DNA from: Klebsiella pneumoniae
GTDB taxonomy: Bacteria; Verrucomicrobiota; Verrucomicrobiia; Limisphaerales; SXTU01
Direction of reading: 5' to 3'
Assembly: GCA_943330855.2 (NCBI GenBank)
Contig: CALQJI020000012.1
Coordinates: forward strand, 6,397 to 70,396
DNA length: 64,000 bases
A program made the position numbers and the translations under genes. Each line of letters opens with the position of its first letter. Position 1 is the stretch's first letter. The notes beneath the pieces are model-generated. The model ran no database searches and had not been told where the DNA came from. It saw only the letters and a program-made list of their open reading frames with translations. This document shows positions 38,245-47,278 of this stretch, one piece after another.

Positions 38245-40937
38245 GCCGTGGCTGCGCGCTTCACGCCCACTCGATGTTTGTTGCGAAGCACGATTCGTCC
38301 CTGCTGCGGCTGGAGAAAATAGAGCGCGTCCACTTCGCTCACCGCTTCAGGCGCGGCCGTGATGGCGATGAAACCGAGCTGTCGCGCGGTGCTCAGAATG
38401 GCGTGGCGGTTGGCCGGGTCGAGCGTCTGGATTTCGTCGAGGAAGAACGGCACCGCGCAGTCGTCGCGCCGCAACTGAGCTTTCAAGAGCAGGAGATTGA
38501 ACAGCACCTTGATGGTGATAGTCGTGCCGTGCGATTCGATTTGCCGGAAGTCGTGGTAGGTGTGCCGCCGGTCGTCCGCGCCCGTCACGGTGAAGCCGAG
38601 AGTGAACAGGTCGGCGAAACGGATAACCGGATTGCCCTCCAGCTTGCTGCGAAAGTTCGCGATGGCGGATTCCTGCATTGGGTCGTGGTCAAATAATCCT
38701 CCCGGTTGGAAGGCCGCCAGACGCTCAATCCAACTCACATAGTCGCTATTCTTCAGCACTTCCAGTTTGATCACTTTCAGGTTGGAGACGCGCACCTTGG
38801 CGAAGGCACGGTTAAGATCGGTGGCGGCACCCGCGACGTGGTCGAGATTCTTCAGCACGAGGTCGAACGTCGCCTTCAGCCCGTGCAGGTGCGCGTTCCA
38901 ATCGCGAGCCAGCGCGTCCTCCTTCTCCACCAGCGCGTCGAGTTCGCCCCGCAGGTTCGCGACCGTTTCACCTTCCTCGTGTCCGTGGAACTCGTCGCCA
39001 AACCACCGCTCCGTTTCGGCGAGCAGGTTCGCGATCTCGTCGCTCAACTTCTCCTGCTTATCCTGCTGGCGTCGGAACAGCGCGATGGCGGCGTCGAAGT
39101 CATCCGGGATGCCGTCCCCCACGACGGCCTTGCGGGAGAAATCCGGCTGGATGCACAGATTGAAGCGGCCCATGACCGCGTTGAACTCATCCTCCGCTTT
39201 GCGAATCGCGCCCTCCGCCTCGGCTTTCGCCTTCTCCGCAGTCCTGCCTTGCGCCGTGAGTTTGCTGATGCGCTCGCTGGCTGCGGCAATGGTGTCGGTG
39301 ATTTTCTTCAACTCGGCACGCAGGAGCGGCTCCTCGGCTTTGGACCGCTGGTATTCCTCGAAGCGGAAAACCAGTTTAGCCTTCGCGTCGTGCGTGGCGC
39401 GCTTGGTTTTCACTTCCGCCACAAGTTTCTCGCGCTGCTCAACGGCCGAAAGGATGCCCGTCCAGCGGCGGAGCGTCTCCGCGTATTCCTTGAGCAGCTC
39501 GCGGGCAGCTTCGACGTTTTCCAGTCCCACGAGCGGTGTGCGGCCGGAAGTAAGGGGAATCGTGACGTCCGCATCCCGATAGCAGCCACCTGAAACACGG
39601 GCCAGCAAGGCACGGAGCGCGGCCAGCAGTTCCCGCTCCCGCGTCACCTCGATGCCGTCCCGGCCCACCGCCAACTCCAGCAGGTCCGGGTTCAACAGGC
39701 GGAAGAGGAGGTTCAGTTCGTCATCGCTGAAGTGCCGCCGCAGCACGGTGACGGCGAGCTTGTCGAAGCGAGCGATGGTCTGCTCCTTCTGTTTCACCAG
39801 GCCGCCGTAGTGGTCGAGTTTCCTTTTTGCCTGTTCCCGAGACTCACCCTCAGCATTGGCAAGCTGGTTTTCCAGACCCCGAATGTCGTTCTGGAGATTC
39901 GACAGCGCGGCTCGCTCCAACTCCTCGACAAAACCGGCAAACTCCTTGTCCTGCCCCGCCAGCGCGTCCAGCCGGGTGGTGAATCCGCCCTTCTGCTCCG
40001 AGAAGGTGTTCACGTCGGCACGCCGGTCAGTCAGTTCTTCCTCGGCTTGCTTCAGCAGTCCGGCTTGCTTGGCGGCTGCCTCGCGCGAACGCACCAGCGC
40101 CGCCTCGTGTTCCTGCTCAAACCGCTGCTTCTTCCCGCTCAAGTCCATCCACCGCCAGACGAGTTCGCCGCGTGCCGTCTCGCGTTCGGCGAACTTGGTC
40201 ACGAGCTTCTCCACCAACGATTTGTTCTTTTTGAAGTTCTCGAACTGACGGCGGCGCTCCCGGATGCGGTCGTAGTCGTCGCCGAACAGCGCGCGGGCGT
40301 CGAGCGCGGTGCGGTCGGGCGGAATGTCGGCGAGCATCAGCAGCCCGTCACGCATCTGCTTTTGGGTGATGGCACTCAGGGAGAGCAGGTTCTTCAGCGT
40401 CTCGCGGAACAGATGATACTTGTCGCTGTCGCGCAACGAGACGATGCCAAGGCCACGCGCGTCGCCGCCGACGGGCGGGAGCAGCAGTTCGCGATGCTCC
40501 TGCGCGCTCTTGAGCACGCGCAGTTGCCGGAGCGCGAGGCGGGCGTTCACCTCGTTAGGTTCGCGGACCTGATTCCGCTCATCTAGGAAGTCCGTCACGT
40601 CGAAGGGACCGAGGTGACAGAATCGCTCCGGTTCGCCGCCGCTGGTCTTGCTCTGCCCGCGCCAGCCGACGACGCACTGGCCGGTCACGCCGAGGCACTC
40701 GAAGAGGACGTAGCTGTATTGGCCGGGAAAATAGAACTCGCGCGTCTGCTCCGGCGTGTAGGAGCCAAAGTTCATGTGCCCGCGGTCGTCGAGGTAGAGG
40801 AACTGGAGCGTGTTGATGAGCGTGGTCTTGCCCGTGTTGTTCTGCCCGACAATCTGGAGCGTGCCGGCCAGTTCGACCTCCGCGTATTCGTAGCGGCCGG
40901 ACTGGAGGAGGATGAGGCGTTGCGGGCCGGTGGGCAT
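38241..40937 (-). CDS. SMC/Rad50-like ABC ATPase with long coiled coil (JetC/MksB-like)
   Basis: The N-terminal P-loop is GQNNTGKTT. About 600 aa of heptad-rich E/K/R/L/A sequence follow. The C-terminal Walker B is VPFFLDEIQTLD. The protein is 898 aa. Confidence 0.7.
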   Translation of the reverse strand: MPTGPQRLILLQSGRYEYAEVELAGTLQIVGQNNTGKTTLINTLQFLYLDDRGHMNFGSYTPEQTREFYFPGQYSYVLFECLGVTGQCVVGWRGQSKTSGGEPERFCHLGPFDVTDFLDERNQVREPNEVNARLALRQLRVLKSAQEHRELLLPPVGGDARGLGIVSLRDSDKYHLFRETLKNLLSLSAITQKQMRDGLLMLADIPPDRTALDARALFGDDYDRIRERRRQFENFKKNKSLVEKLVTKFAERETARGELVWRWMDLSGKKQRFEQEHEAALVRSREAAAKQAGLLKQAEEELTDRRADVNTFSEQKGGFTTRLDALAGQDKEFAGFVEELERAALSNLQNDIRGLENQLANAEGESREQAKRKLDHYGGLVKQKEQTIARFDKLAVTVLRRHFSDDELNLLFRLLNPDLLELAVGRDGIEVTRERELLAALRALLARVSGGCYRDADVTIPLTSGRTPLVGLENVEAARELLKEYAETLRRWTGILSAVEQREKLVAEVKTKRATHDAKAKLVFRFEEYQRSKAEEPLLRAELKKITDTIAAASERISKLTAQGRTAEKAKAEAEGAIRKAEDEFNAVMGRFNLCIQPDFSRKAVVGDGIPDDFDAAIALFRRQQDKQEKLSDEIANLLAETERWFGDEFHGHEEGETVANLRGELDALVEKEDALARDWNAHLHGLKATFDLVLKNLDHVAGAATDLNRAFAKVRVSNLKVIKLEVLKNSDYVSWIERLAAFQPGGLFDHDPMQESAIANFRSKLEGNPVIRFADLFTLGFTVTGADDRRHTYHDFRQIESHGTTITIKVLFNLLLLKAQLRRDDCAVPFFLDEIQTLDPANRHAILSTARQLGFIAITAAPEAVSEVDALYFLQPQQGRIVLRNKHRVGVKRAATA

Positions 40938-40955
40938 TGGGGGTTTTTGGATTTA

Positions 40956-40981
40956 CGATTAGCGATTAGCGATTAGCGATT
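40956..40981. repeat. Tandem heptamer array (CGATTAG)x~3.7 at the junction of the small gene and the SMC-like gene
   Basis: Read directly. It contains the TAA stop of gene 40966-41529 and lies 19-44 nt upstream of the ATG at 40937. Confidence 0.9.
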
Positions 40982-41529
40982 TCGGACTGAGCCGTGTCGG
41001 GCGCGGCCGTCGCCGCCTGTCCGGTTTGGGCGAGTTCGAGGCACTTGGTGAACACGCGGTGGAACGGGCGCAGGAAACGGAATTCCTCGTCCCCGAGCCA
41101 TTTCACCCAGCCGATGCGCTCCATGTGCTTGAGCAGGTTTTCGACATCCTTGAGGTCATGCACCTTCACCTGACGCAGCAGCGCCGAGTAGCGGTCGAGC
41201 GTGAAATGCGGCAGCATCGTGAGCAGGAAGTTTTGCCCGAAGATGAATTCCTCGATCGGCCGGCCCTGATTCGCCGCGTGGTCAATGAGGATGTAGGAAA
41301 ACACCGCGATGCGCGGCAGCGTGTCGGGCACGGTCTCCGGATTGTCCGGCTCAAGGTAGAAGAACTCGCGCTCGTGGCGGACGAGCTTGAGGCCGAGCGC
41401 GTCGAATTGCGCGGTGTAGTCGTCGAAGCGCGCCGCCAGCGTGGAGAACTCGGGCTCGTCGTCCGGGCCGAGATGGTAGCCGCGCCGGAGCCGGTCGAAG
41501 ATGAGCGCGAGATGCGGGAGGGAGTTCAT
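40966..41529 (-). CDS. Small (187 aa) protein in the JetB/MksE (KITE-like) position
   Basis: The call rests on position only: it lies between the putative kleisin and the SMC-like ATPase, has a 4-nt overlap with the upstream gene, and its size and helical/WH-like composition fit. No motif was verified. Confidence 0.4.
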   Translation of the reverse strand: MNSLPHLALIFDRLRRGYHLGPDDEPEFSTLAARFDDYTAQFDALGLKLVRHEREFFYLEPDNPETVPDTLPRIAVFSYILIDHAANQGRPIEEFIFGQNFLLTMLPHFTLDRYSALLRQVKVHDLKDVENLLKHMERIGWVKWLGDEEFRFLRPFHRVFTKCLELAQTGQAATAAPDTAQSEIANR

Positions 41530-42749
41530 ACGGAGACGAGTTGGACGGGGGCAGCTACGAGCGAACCGTCGGCAGTCGGGTAGGCGCGCGGCACGCGGTT
41601 GGTGAAGGCCGCTTGAAAGCGCGGGTCGAAGACCAACTCGCCGAAACCGGCAAGCACTTGGCCCGTGTCCTTGCCCGGATGCCCCTCGACGAGCCAGCCG
41701 AGCAAATCTTCCAAAGGCAGCGAGGGCAGCACTCGTTCCGGCAACGAATCGAGCCAGAGGCGGCGCACGAGCGCGTCCGGCGCGGCTTCCTCGGCGGCGA
41801 ACTCCAGCACCGGCGGCGGCTCCGGCGGGTGTTCGATGACGCGTCGCAAGGCCAGCGCGATGGCCCCGTCACCGGGCACGTGCTGAAACCGCAGGGCGCA
41901 CACGCTGATGAGCGGCTCGCTGCCCCACTTGGCGATGCCTTCGCTTTGGAGTTTCTCCAGCGCGCGGGCCGCGCCCTCGGCGATGGCACTGGAGCGGCGC
42001 AAGGATTCGTAGAGCGGCTGAATCTCCTTGCGGCATTGTGTGAAGACCCGCAGCGCGTGGTCGCGGACGAGCCGAAGGAAGCGGAGGTTGCGCGCGAGGG
42101 CCGGATGGTCGTTGAACAGCGCCTCGTCGCGGGCGCGTCCGAGCAACCGCTCGGTGTCGTCGAAGGCCGCGCGCAGCGGCCCCTCGCGGTTGACGATGCC
42201 AATCATCGGCTCCACGTAACGCTCCATCCAGTGAACGATGCGTCGGAACTTCTCGCGCACGGACACGCGAGAACGCTCGGTCTTGAAACGCCCGATCTCG
42301 ATGAGAATGGCGTGCTGAGTTTCGTCGAGGTCAGCCTGAATGCGCCGGAGAGTCAGGCTGATTTCCTCGAAGGCCCGTTTCACCTGCGCGACATCCTCCT
42401 CGTCGAGCCCGCGGGCGAGGCACTTGCAAGTCGTTTCGAGCGAGAGCACGTAGCCGCCAATCATCTCTGGCGTGGCGGGATTCGCCTCATTGAACAAATA
42501 CGTGAGCAACCGCGCCACCGGCTCGGCAAGAAAGCAGAGTTCGCTCCCCGGCTCGGTAGGCACGAGGATTTGCAACTCACGCAAGCGCCGCCAAGCCGTC
42601 TCCGACAGCTCCTCGCCTGTGCCTGGATACGCGCGGATGAGCCGCAGCGCATCCGACTCGGATATTTCCCTTTCGTGCTCCGCCAGCGCGTGCAACAGCG
42701 GCCCATGCTGGGCGCAGAAGTTGAAGAAACTTTGCGGGTTGATTTTCAC
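41526..42749 (-). CDS. 407-aa helical protein in the JetA/MksF (kleisin-like) position
   Basis: First gene of the operon, with a GTG start at 42747-42749. The assignment is by gene order and size only. Confidence 0.4.
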   Translation of the reverse strand: MKINPQSFFNFCAQHGPLLHALAEHEREISESDALRLIRAYPGTGEELSETAWRRLRELQILVPTEPGSELCFLAEPVARLLTYLFNEANPATPEMIGGYVLSLETTCKCLARGLDEEDVAQVKRAFEEISLTLRRIQADLDETQHAILIEIGRFKTERSRVSVREKFRRIVHWMERYVEPMIGIVNREGPLRAAFDDTERLLGRARDEALFNDHPALARNLRFLRLVRDHALRVFTQCRKEIQPLYESLRRSSAIAEGAARALEKLQSEGIAKWGSEPLISVCALRFQHVPGDGAIALALRRVIEHPPEPPPVLEFAAEEAAPDALVRRLWLDSLPERVLPSLPLEDLLGWLVEGHPGKDTGQVLAGFGELVFDPRFQAAFTNRVPRAYPTADGSLVAAPVQLVSV

Positions 42750-42786
42750 TTGTCGCTCAACGTCAGGCTGCGGTCATTCCGGCCAG

Positions 42787-42873
42787 TCACAGCACCTGTT
42801 TCTTGAACCAGGCTTTCACTTCCTTGAAGTGGAAGTCGAGCGAGCGGGGCGGGGCTATCTCGCTGGGCTTCAT
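42787..42873 (-). pseudogene. Displaced duplicate of the purB 3' end (remnant)
   Basis: Nt 42787-42843 align with the real purB end at 43596-43652, roughly 47 of 57 identical by hand alignment. The remnant encodes ...[18 protein letters not shown] versus purB ...[18 protein letters not shown]. Confidence 0.7.
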
Positions 42874-43028
42874 GGCTTGAGGGCGACGACTTTGCCGTCC
42901 TGCCAGACGTAGATGGGGGTGCCGTGGGCGCGGGCGGTCTTGCGCGCGGCCTGCCCGGCGCGGCGCAGGGCGCGGCCTGCGGGGGTGAGGCGGAGCTTCG
43001 GGCGGGGGGCTTGGTTGGTTCGGTTCAT
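42870..43028 (-). CDS. Small basic protein (52 aa) coupled to the zeta-like ATPase
   Basis: MNRTNQAPRPKLRLTPAGRALRRAGQAARKTARAHGTPIYVWQDGKVVALKP. Its ATG overlaps the ATPase stop (ATGA), and its own stop overlaps the ATG of the purB remnant. It is too short to appear in the ORF track. Confidence 0.45.
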   Translation of the reverse strand: MNRTNQAPRPKLRLTPAGRALRRAGQAARKTARAHGTPIYVWQDGKVVALKP

Positions 43029-43540
43029 GGGCCTATCTCCAGCAGTTCCGGCATCTGCCGCGAATTGTCATACACTTCCCACAGGTCAGCAAGCGGGCGG
43101 TAGGTGTTTTGGAAATTGTCCCAGCCGCGCACGTAGCGGCGCAGGACGTCGGCACGCGGGACGTTGTGCCCGCCCTGTTTCACGCGGGCGGCGATGCGGC
43201 GGAGCGCCAGTAGGGGCGAATGCAGGCGCAGGAAAATGATCTCTATCCGGTAGCCGGCGGCTTTCCACCGCTGCAATCGCCCCACATACCCCAGCCCGCT
43301 CAGGGTGGTTTCAAAGGCGAAATCGGTCCGCGCCTTCGCGAGGCGGTCCAACTCCGACAGCAGCAGCCGTCCGCCCGCAAGCGAGGCCAGCTCGGGCCGC
43401 AACGGCGACAGTCCGGCAGCGATGAGGTCGGCGTTCACGAAACGAATCACGCCCGCGTCCTTCGGTAGGTATTCCCGCGCGAAGGTTGTCTTACCCGCGC
43501 CGTTCGGCCCGGCGATGACGATGCAGCGGGGAGTTTTCAT
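43025..43540 (-). CDS. Zeta-toxin-like P-loop kinase/ATPase (171 aa)
   Basis: Walker A lies in IVIAGPNGAGKTTFAREYL. ...FAFETTLSG... and ...GGHNVPRADVLRRY follow, the typical zeta/AAA_33-like pattern. Confidence 0.8.
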   Translation of the reverse strand: MKTPRCIVIAGPNGAGKTTFAREYLPKDAGVIRFVNADLIAAGLSPLRPELASLAGGRLLLSELDRLAKARTDFAFETTLSGLGYVGRLQRWKAAGYRIEIIFLRLHSPLLALRRIAARVKQGGHNVPRADVLRRYVRGWDNFQNTYRPLADLWEVYDNSRQMPELLEIGP

Positions 43541-43595
43541 GCGTGCGAACTCGTGTCTAGTCGTGGTTGCGGTTTCCGCCTCCTTACGTCGGCGG

Positions 43596-44930
43596 TTACA
43601 GCCCCAGTTTCTTGAACCGCGCTTTGACTTCCTTGAAGTGGAAGTCGAGGGAGCAGAGGGCTTCGAGTTCGCCTTTCTTGAAGTGCTTGGCGACTTCGGG
43701 ATTGGCTTGGAGTTGCGCGACGAAGTTGGCGTCGTCGCGGCCGGCGTGCTTGACCTCCCAGGTTTTCATCGCGGCGTCCTGGCAGAGTTTGTAGGCGGCT
43801 TCGCGGGTCAGGCCTTTGCAGATGAGCGCGAGGAGGATGGTCTGGCTGTTCCACATGCCCAGCGAGAGGCCGAGGTTCTTCTTCATGTTCGCGGGATAGA
43901 CCACGAGGCCGTCCATCAGGCGCGTGAGCAGGCCGAACATGTAGTCGAGCAGCGTGCAGGAGTCGGGGAAGATGATGCGCTCGACGCTGCTGTGGCTGAT
44001 GTCGCGCTCGTGCCAGAGGGCGACGTTTTCCAGCGCGGCGACGGCGTTGCCGCGCAGGACGCGGGCGAGGCCGGTGAGGCGTTCCCAGGTGATGGGGTTG
44101 CGCTTGTGCGGCATGGCGCTGCTGCCTTTCTGGCCGATGGTGAAGGCTTCTTCGGCTTCGAGGACTTCGGTGCGCTGGAGGTGGCGGAACTCGACGGCCC
44201 AGCGCTCGATGCTCGCGCCGACGAGCGCCATCGTGAGTTGAAACTCGGCGTGGATGTCGCGCTGGACGACTTGCGTGGCGATGGGCGCGGGGCGCAGGCC
44301 AAGTTTTTTGCAGACGTAGGCTTCGACGCGTGGTGAAAGGTGCGCGCTCGTGCCGACGGCACCGGAGACCTTGCCGACGGCGACGACTTCTCGGACGCGC
44401 TCCAACCGCTCCAGCGCGCGGCCGAACTCGTCATACATCAGCGCGAGCTTCAGCCCGAAAGTCGTCGGCTCCGCGTGGATGCCGTGGCTGCGGCCGATGC
44501 AGGGGGTGAACTGATGCTCCTTCGCGCGCTTGGCGAGGGCGGCGCGCACCGTCTTCACGTCGGCGATGAGGATGTCCGCGCTCTGGACCATCTGCACGCC
44601 GTAGCAGGTGTCGCCCACGTCACTGCTGGTGAGGCCGAAGTGGAACCAGCGGCTGGCGGGGTCGTTGATCTTCTCCGCGACGGCGGTGGTGAAGCCGATC
44701 ACGTCGTGGTTGAGCACTTTCTCCAGTTCCTTCTGCCGCGCCACGAGTCCGGGCAGGTCGGCGAACCACGCGTTGCAGCCGGCTTTGAGTTTGGCGAAAT
44801 CCTGCTTCGGCACGATGCGCTCCTTCACGAGGGCCTCGCTGGCGAGGAGTTCGATTTGGAGCCAGAGCTTGAGCTTGTTTTCGTCGGTCCAGATGGCCCG
44901 CATTTCAGGACGGGAGTAGCGCGTAATCAT
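43596..44930 (-). CDS. purB: Adenylosuccinate lyase
   Basis: [19 protein letters not shown]... and the [10 protein letters not shown] signature loop are present. 444 aa. Confidence 0.95.
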   Translation of the reverse strand: MITRYSRPEMRAIWTDENKLKLWLQIELLASEALVKERIVPKQDFAKLKAGCNAWFADLPGLVARQKELEKVLNHDVIGFTTAVAEKINDPASRWFHFGLTSSDVGDTCYGVQMVQSADILIADVKTVRAALAKRAKEHQFTPCIGRSHGIHAEPTTFGLKLALMYDEFGRALERLERVREVVAVGKVSGAVGTSAHLSPRVEAYVCKKLGLRPAPIATQVVQRDIHAEFQLTMALVGASIERWAVEFRHLQRTEVLEAEEAFTIGQKGSSAMPHKRNPITWERLTGLARVLRGNAVAALENVALWHERDISHSSVERIIFPDSCTLLDYMFGLLTRLMDGLVVYPANMKKNLGLSLGMWNSQTILLALICKGLTREAAYKLCQDAAMKTWEVKHAGRDDANFVAQLQANPEVAKHFKKGELEALCSLDFHFKEVKARFKKLGL

Positions 44931-44943
44931 TGGGGCCTAGGAG

Positions 44944-44978
44944 AAAGGCAAAAGGCGAAAGGCGAAAGGCAAAAGGGG
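44944..44978. repeat. Tandem heptamer array (AAAGGCR)x5 in the purB 5' leader
   Basis: Read directly: aaaggca aaaggcg aaaggcg aaaggca aaagggg. It lies 14-48 nt upstream of the purB ATG. Confidence 0.9.
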
Positions 44979-45286
44979 AGCGATGACGAGTGCTGGAAAG
45001 TTTTCACTCGGACAGCGGATGTCCAACCCGCCGCGCAACACTCGCGCCATGAAACAACTCCTCTCGGCGTGGGTGAACACAGGTGAAGTGCTGGCAAACT
45101 TCGGCTCGGCGACGCTTCGCCGCCATCGCGACGGTCGCTATGAACTGCACGGCGGCACGCCTGCGGACCGCGCGGACGCGTTGGAATGGGCTTCGCTCTT
45201 TCAGCACGACGCGGTGTTCTCCCACCGGCCTGACCGCGCGCGCTCGGCCCTTCCCGCGCCGTCGCCGCGCTGGTAGGTTCGCCCGC

Positions 45287-46663
45287 GTGCCGTGCGACGA
45301 CCTGTTTTCCCTCGCTGAGACGCCTCCCGCCTCCGCCGTTCCGTCGGCGTCGCCGGATGTGGACCACGCCTCCGCCATGCCGCTTGCGGCGCGCATGAGG
45401 CCGCGCAACCTGGACGAGTATTGCGGCCAGCAGCACATTCTCGCTCCCGGCATGCTCCTGCGCCGCGCCATCGAGGCGGACCGGCTGCAATCGCTCATCT
45501 TTTACGGCCCGCCGGGCACGGGGAAAACCTCGCTCGCGCAAATCATCGCGCGGCAGACGAAGTGCAAGTTCGAGCGCCTCAGCGGTGTCGAGTCGAACGT
45601 CGCGGACATGAGGCGCGTCCTTCAAGGCGCGGCCAACCGGCTCGAAAACACTGGCCAGACCACCATCCTGTTCATCGACGAAATCCACCGCTTCAACAAG
45701 TCGCAGCAGGACGTGCTGCTGCCCGATGTCGAGAGCGGCGTCATCCGGCTCATCGGCGCGACCACGCACAACCCGTTCTTCTTCGTCAACTCGCCGCTCG
45801 TCTCGCGCTCGCAGATTTTCGAGTTGAAGCCGCTTTCGGAGGATGACCTCTTCGACCTCCTCGCCCGCGCGCTGATGGATGCCGAGCGCGGCATCGGCTA
45901 CCTGAAGATTAAGATTGAGAAGGAAGCCGCGCGGCACCTCGCCAAGATGGCCGACGGCGACGCGCGCAAGGCGCTCAACTCGCTGGAAATTGCCGCGCTC
46001 ACCACCGCGCCGGAGGCCGACGGCACCATCCGCATCACGATGGAGGTTGCGGAGCAGTGCATCCAGAAGAAGGCCATCGTCTACGACGGCGACGGCGACG
46101 CGCACTACGACACCATCAGCGCGTTCATCAAGTCCATGCGCGGCAGCGATCCGGACGCCGCGCTCTACTGGCTGGCGAAGATGATTCACGCCGGCGAAGA
46201 CCCGCGCTTCATCTCGCGCCGCATCCTCATCTGCGCCGCCGAGGACGTGGGCCTCGCAGACCCGATGGCACTCGTGCTGGCGCAGGCGGCGCATCAAGTC
46301 GCCGAGTTCATCGGCTGGCCGGAAGCGCGCATCCCCATCGCGGAGGCCGCCATCTACATCGCCACGGCGAACAAGAGCAACAGCGCCTACAAGGCCATTG
46401 ACGCCGCGCTCGAAGACGTGCGCTCCGGCCGCACGCTGCCGGTGCCTGAGCATTTGCGTGACGCGCATTACAAGGGCGCGGAACGGCTCGGTCACGGCGC
46501 GGGCTACCAGTATGCACACGACGGCGAAGGCCATTTCGTCGCGCAAAACTACCTGACCGAGACGCGCCGCTACTACGAGCCGACCGAGCAGGGCGTGGAG
46601 AAGAAAATCAAGGAGCGCGTGGACAAGTGGCGCGCGCTAGCGGCGGAGGCGAAGCCGAAATGA
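45287..46663 (+). CDS. rarA: Replication-associated recombination protein A (AAA+ ATPase)
   Basis: DLFS...PLAARMRPRNLDEYCGQQHIL, Walker A GPPGTGKTSLA, and LFIDEIHRFNKSQQD are present. GTG start at 45287. Confidence 0.9.
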   Translation: MPCDDLFSLAETPPASAVPSASPDVDHASAMPLAARMRPRNLDEYCGQQHILAPGMLLRRAIEADRLQSLIFYGPPGTGKTSLAQIIARQTKCKFERLSGVESNVADMRRVLQGAANRLENTGQTTILFIDEIHRFNKSQQDVLLPDVESGVIRLIGATTHNPFFFVNSPLVSRSQIFELKPLSEDDLFDLLARALMDAERGIGYLKIKIEKEAARHLAKMADGDARKALNSLEIAALTTAPEADGTIRITMEVAEQCIQKKAIVYDGDGDAHYDTISAFIKSMRGSDPDAALYWLAKMIHAGEDPRFISRRILICAAEDVGLADPMALVLAQAAHQVAEFIGWPEARIPIAEAAIYIATANKSNSAYKAIDAALEDVRSGRTLPVPEHLRDAHYKGAERLGHGAGYQYAHDGEGHFVAQNYLTETRRYYEPTEQGVEKKIKERVDKWRALAAEAKPK

Positions 46664-46682
46664 GAAGCTCCAAACCCCACGC

Positions 46683-47267
46683 ATGACGCCCCCCGCCGAC
46701 GCCAAGCCCACTCTCCGCGCTCGCCTGCGCGCGGAGTTGAAGGCTCATTCATCTGCCAGCGCTGCCTCCGCCTCGGCCGCCCTGTGTGTGCGTGTGAGAG
46801 CCTCTCCACTCTGGCAAACCGCCCGTGCCGTCCTGCTCTTCTTCCCGCTCCCCAGCGAGCCGGACATCTCTCCGCTGCTCGACGAGGCACTCGCCTCCGG
46901 CAAACTCCTCGCTCTCCCGCGCTTCAACGCGACGACGAACACCTACGAACCCGTGCAAGTCCGCGACCTCGCGCGTGAGTTGGTCACCGGCCCGTTCGGC
47001 GTGCGCGAGCCGACGGCTGATTGTCCCCTCGCGCCCATGAACCGGCTGGACTTGGCGCTCGTGCCAGGGCTAGGCTTCGACCCTCGCGGGCATCGCCTTG
47101 GGCGCGGCAAGGGCCATTACGACCACCTGCTGGCTGGCTTCACCGGGATGAAAATTGGCATGGCATTCGACTTTCAAATCGTGACCGAAGTGCCCGCCGA
47201 ACCGCACGACATCGTGCTCGACGCCGTCGTCACGCCGACACGGTGGCTGGTGGCGAAGCAGGATTAG
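46683..47267 (+). CDS. 5-formyltetrahydrofolate cyclo-ligase
   Basis: LVPGLGFDPRGHRLGRGKGHYD is the family signature. 194 aa. Confidence 0.85.
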   Translation: MTPPADAKPTLRARLRAELKAHSSASAASASAALCVRVRASPLWQTARAVLLFFPLPSEPDISPLLDEALASGKLLALPRFNATTNTYEPVQVRDLARELVTGPFGVREPTADCPLAPMNRLDLALVPGLGFDPRGHRLGRGKGHYDHLLAGFTGMKIGMAFDFQIVTEVPAEPHDIVLDAVVTPTRWLVAKQD

Positions 47268-47278
47268 CTGCGAAAAAC

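Noticed and set aside
42787-43660. Search for an integrase, recombinase or transposase that could explain the purB and aroA 3'-end cassettes
   Set aside because: None of the ORFs in or next to either cassette shows tyrosine/serine recombinase or DDE motifs. I therefore did not call these elements integrative islands, only duplications bracketing cargo.
44983-45276. A 97-aa plus-strand ORF (internal ATG at about 45049, MKQLLSAWVNTGEVL...) in the purB-rarA divergent spacer
   Set aside because: No family is recognised, and the ORF sits where the two promoters should be. Part of the sequence looks protein-like, so it stays unresolved, but there is not enough evidence to call it a gene.
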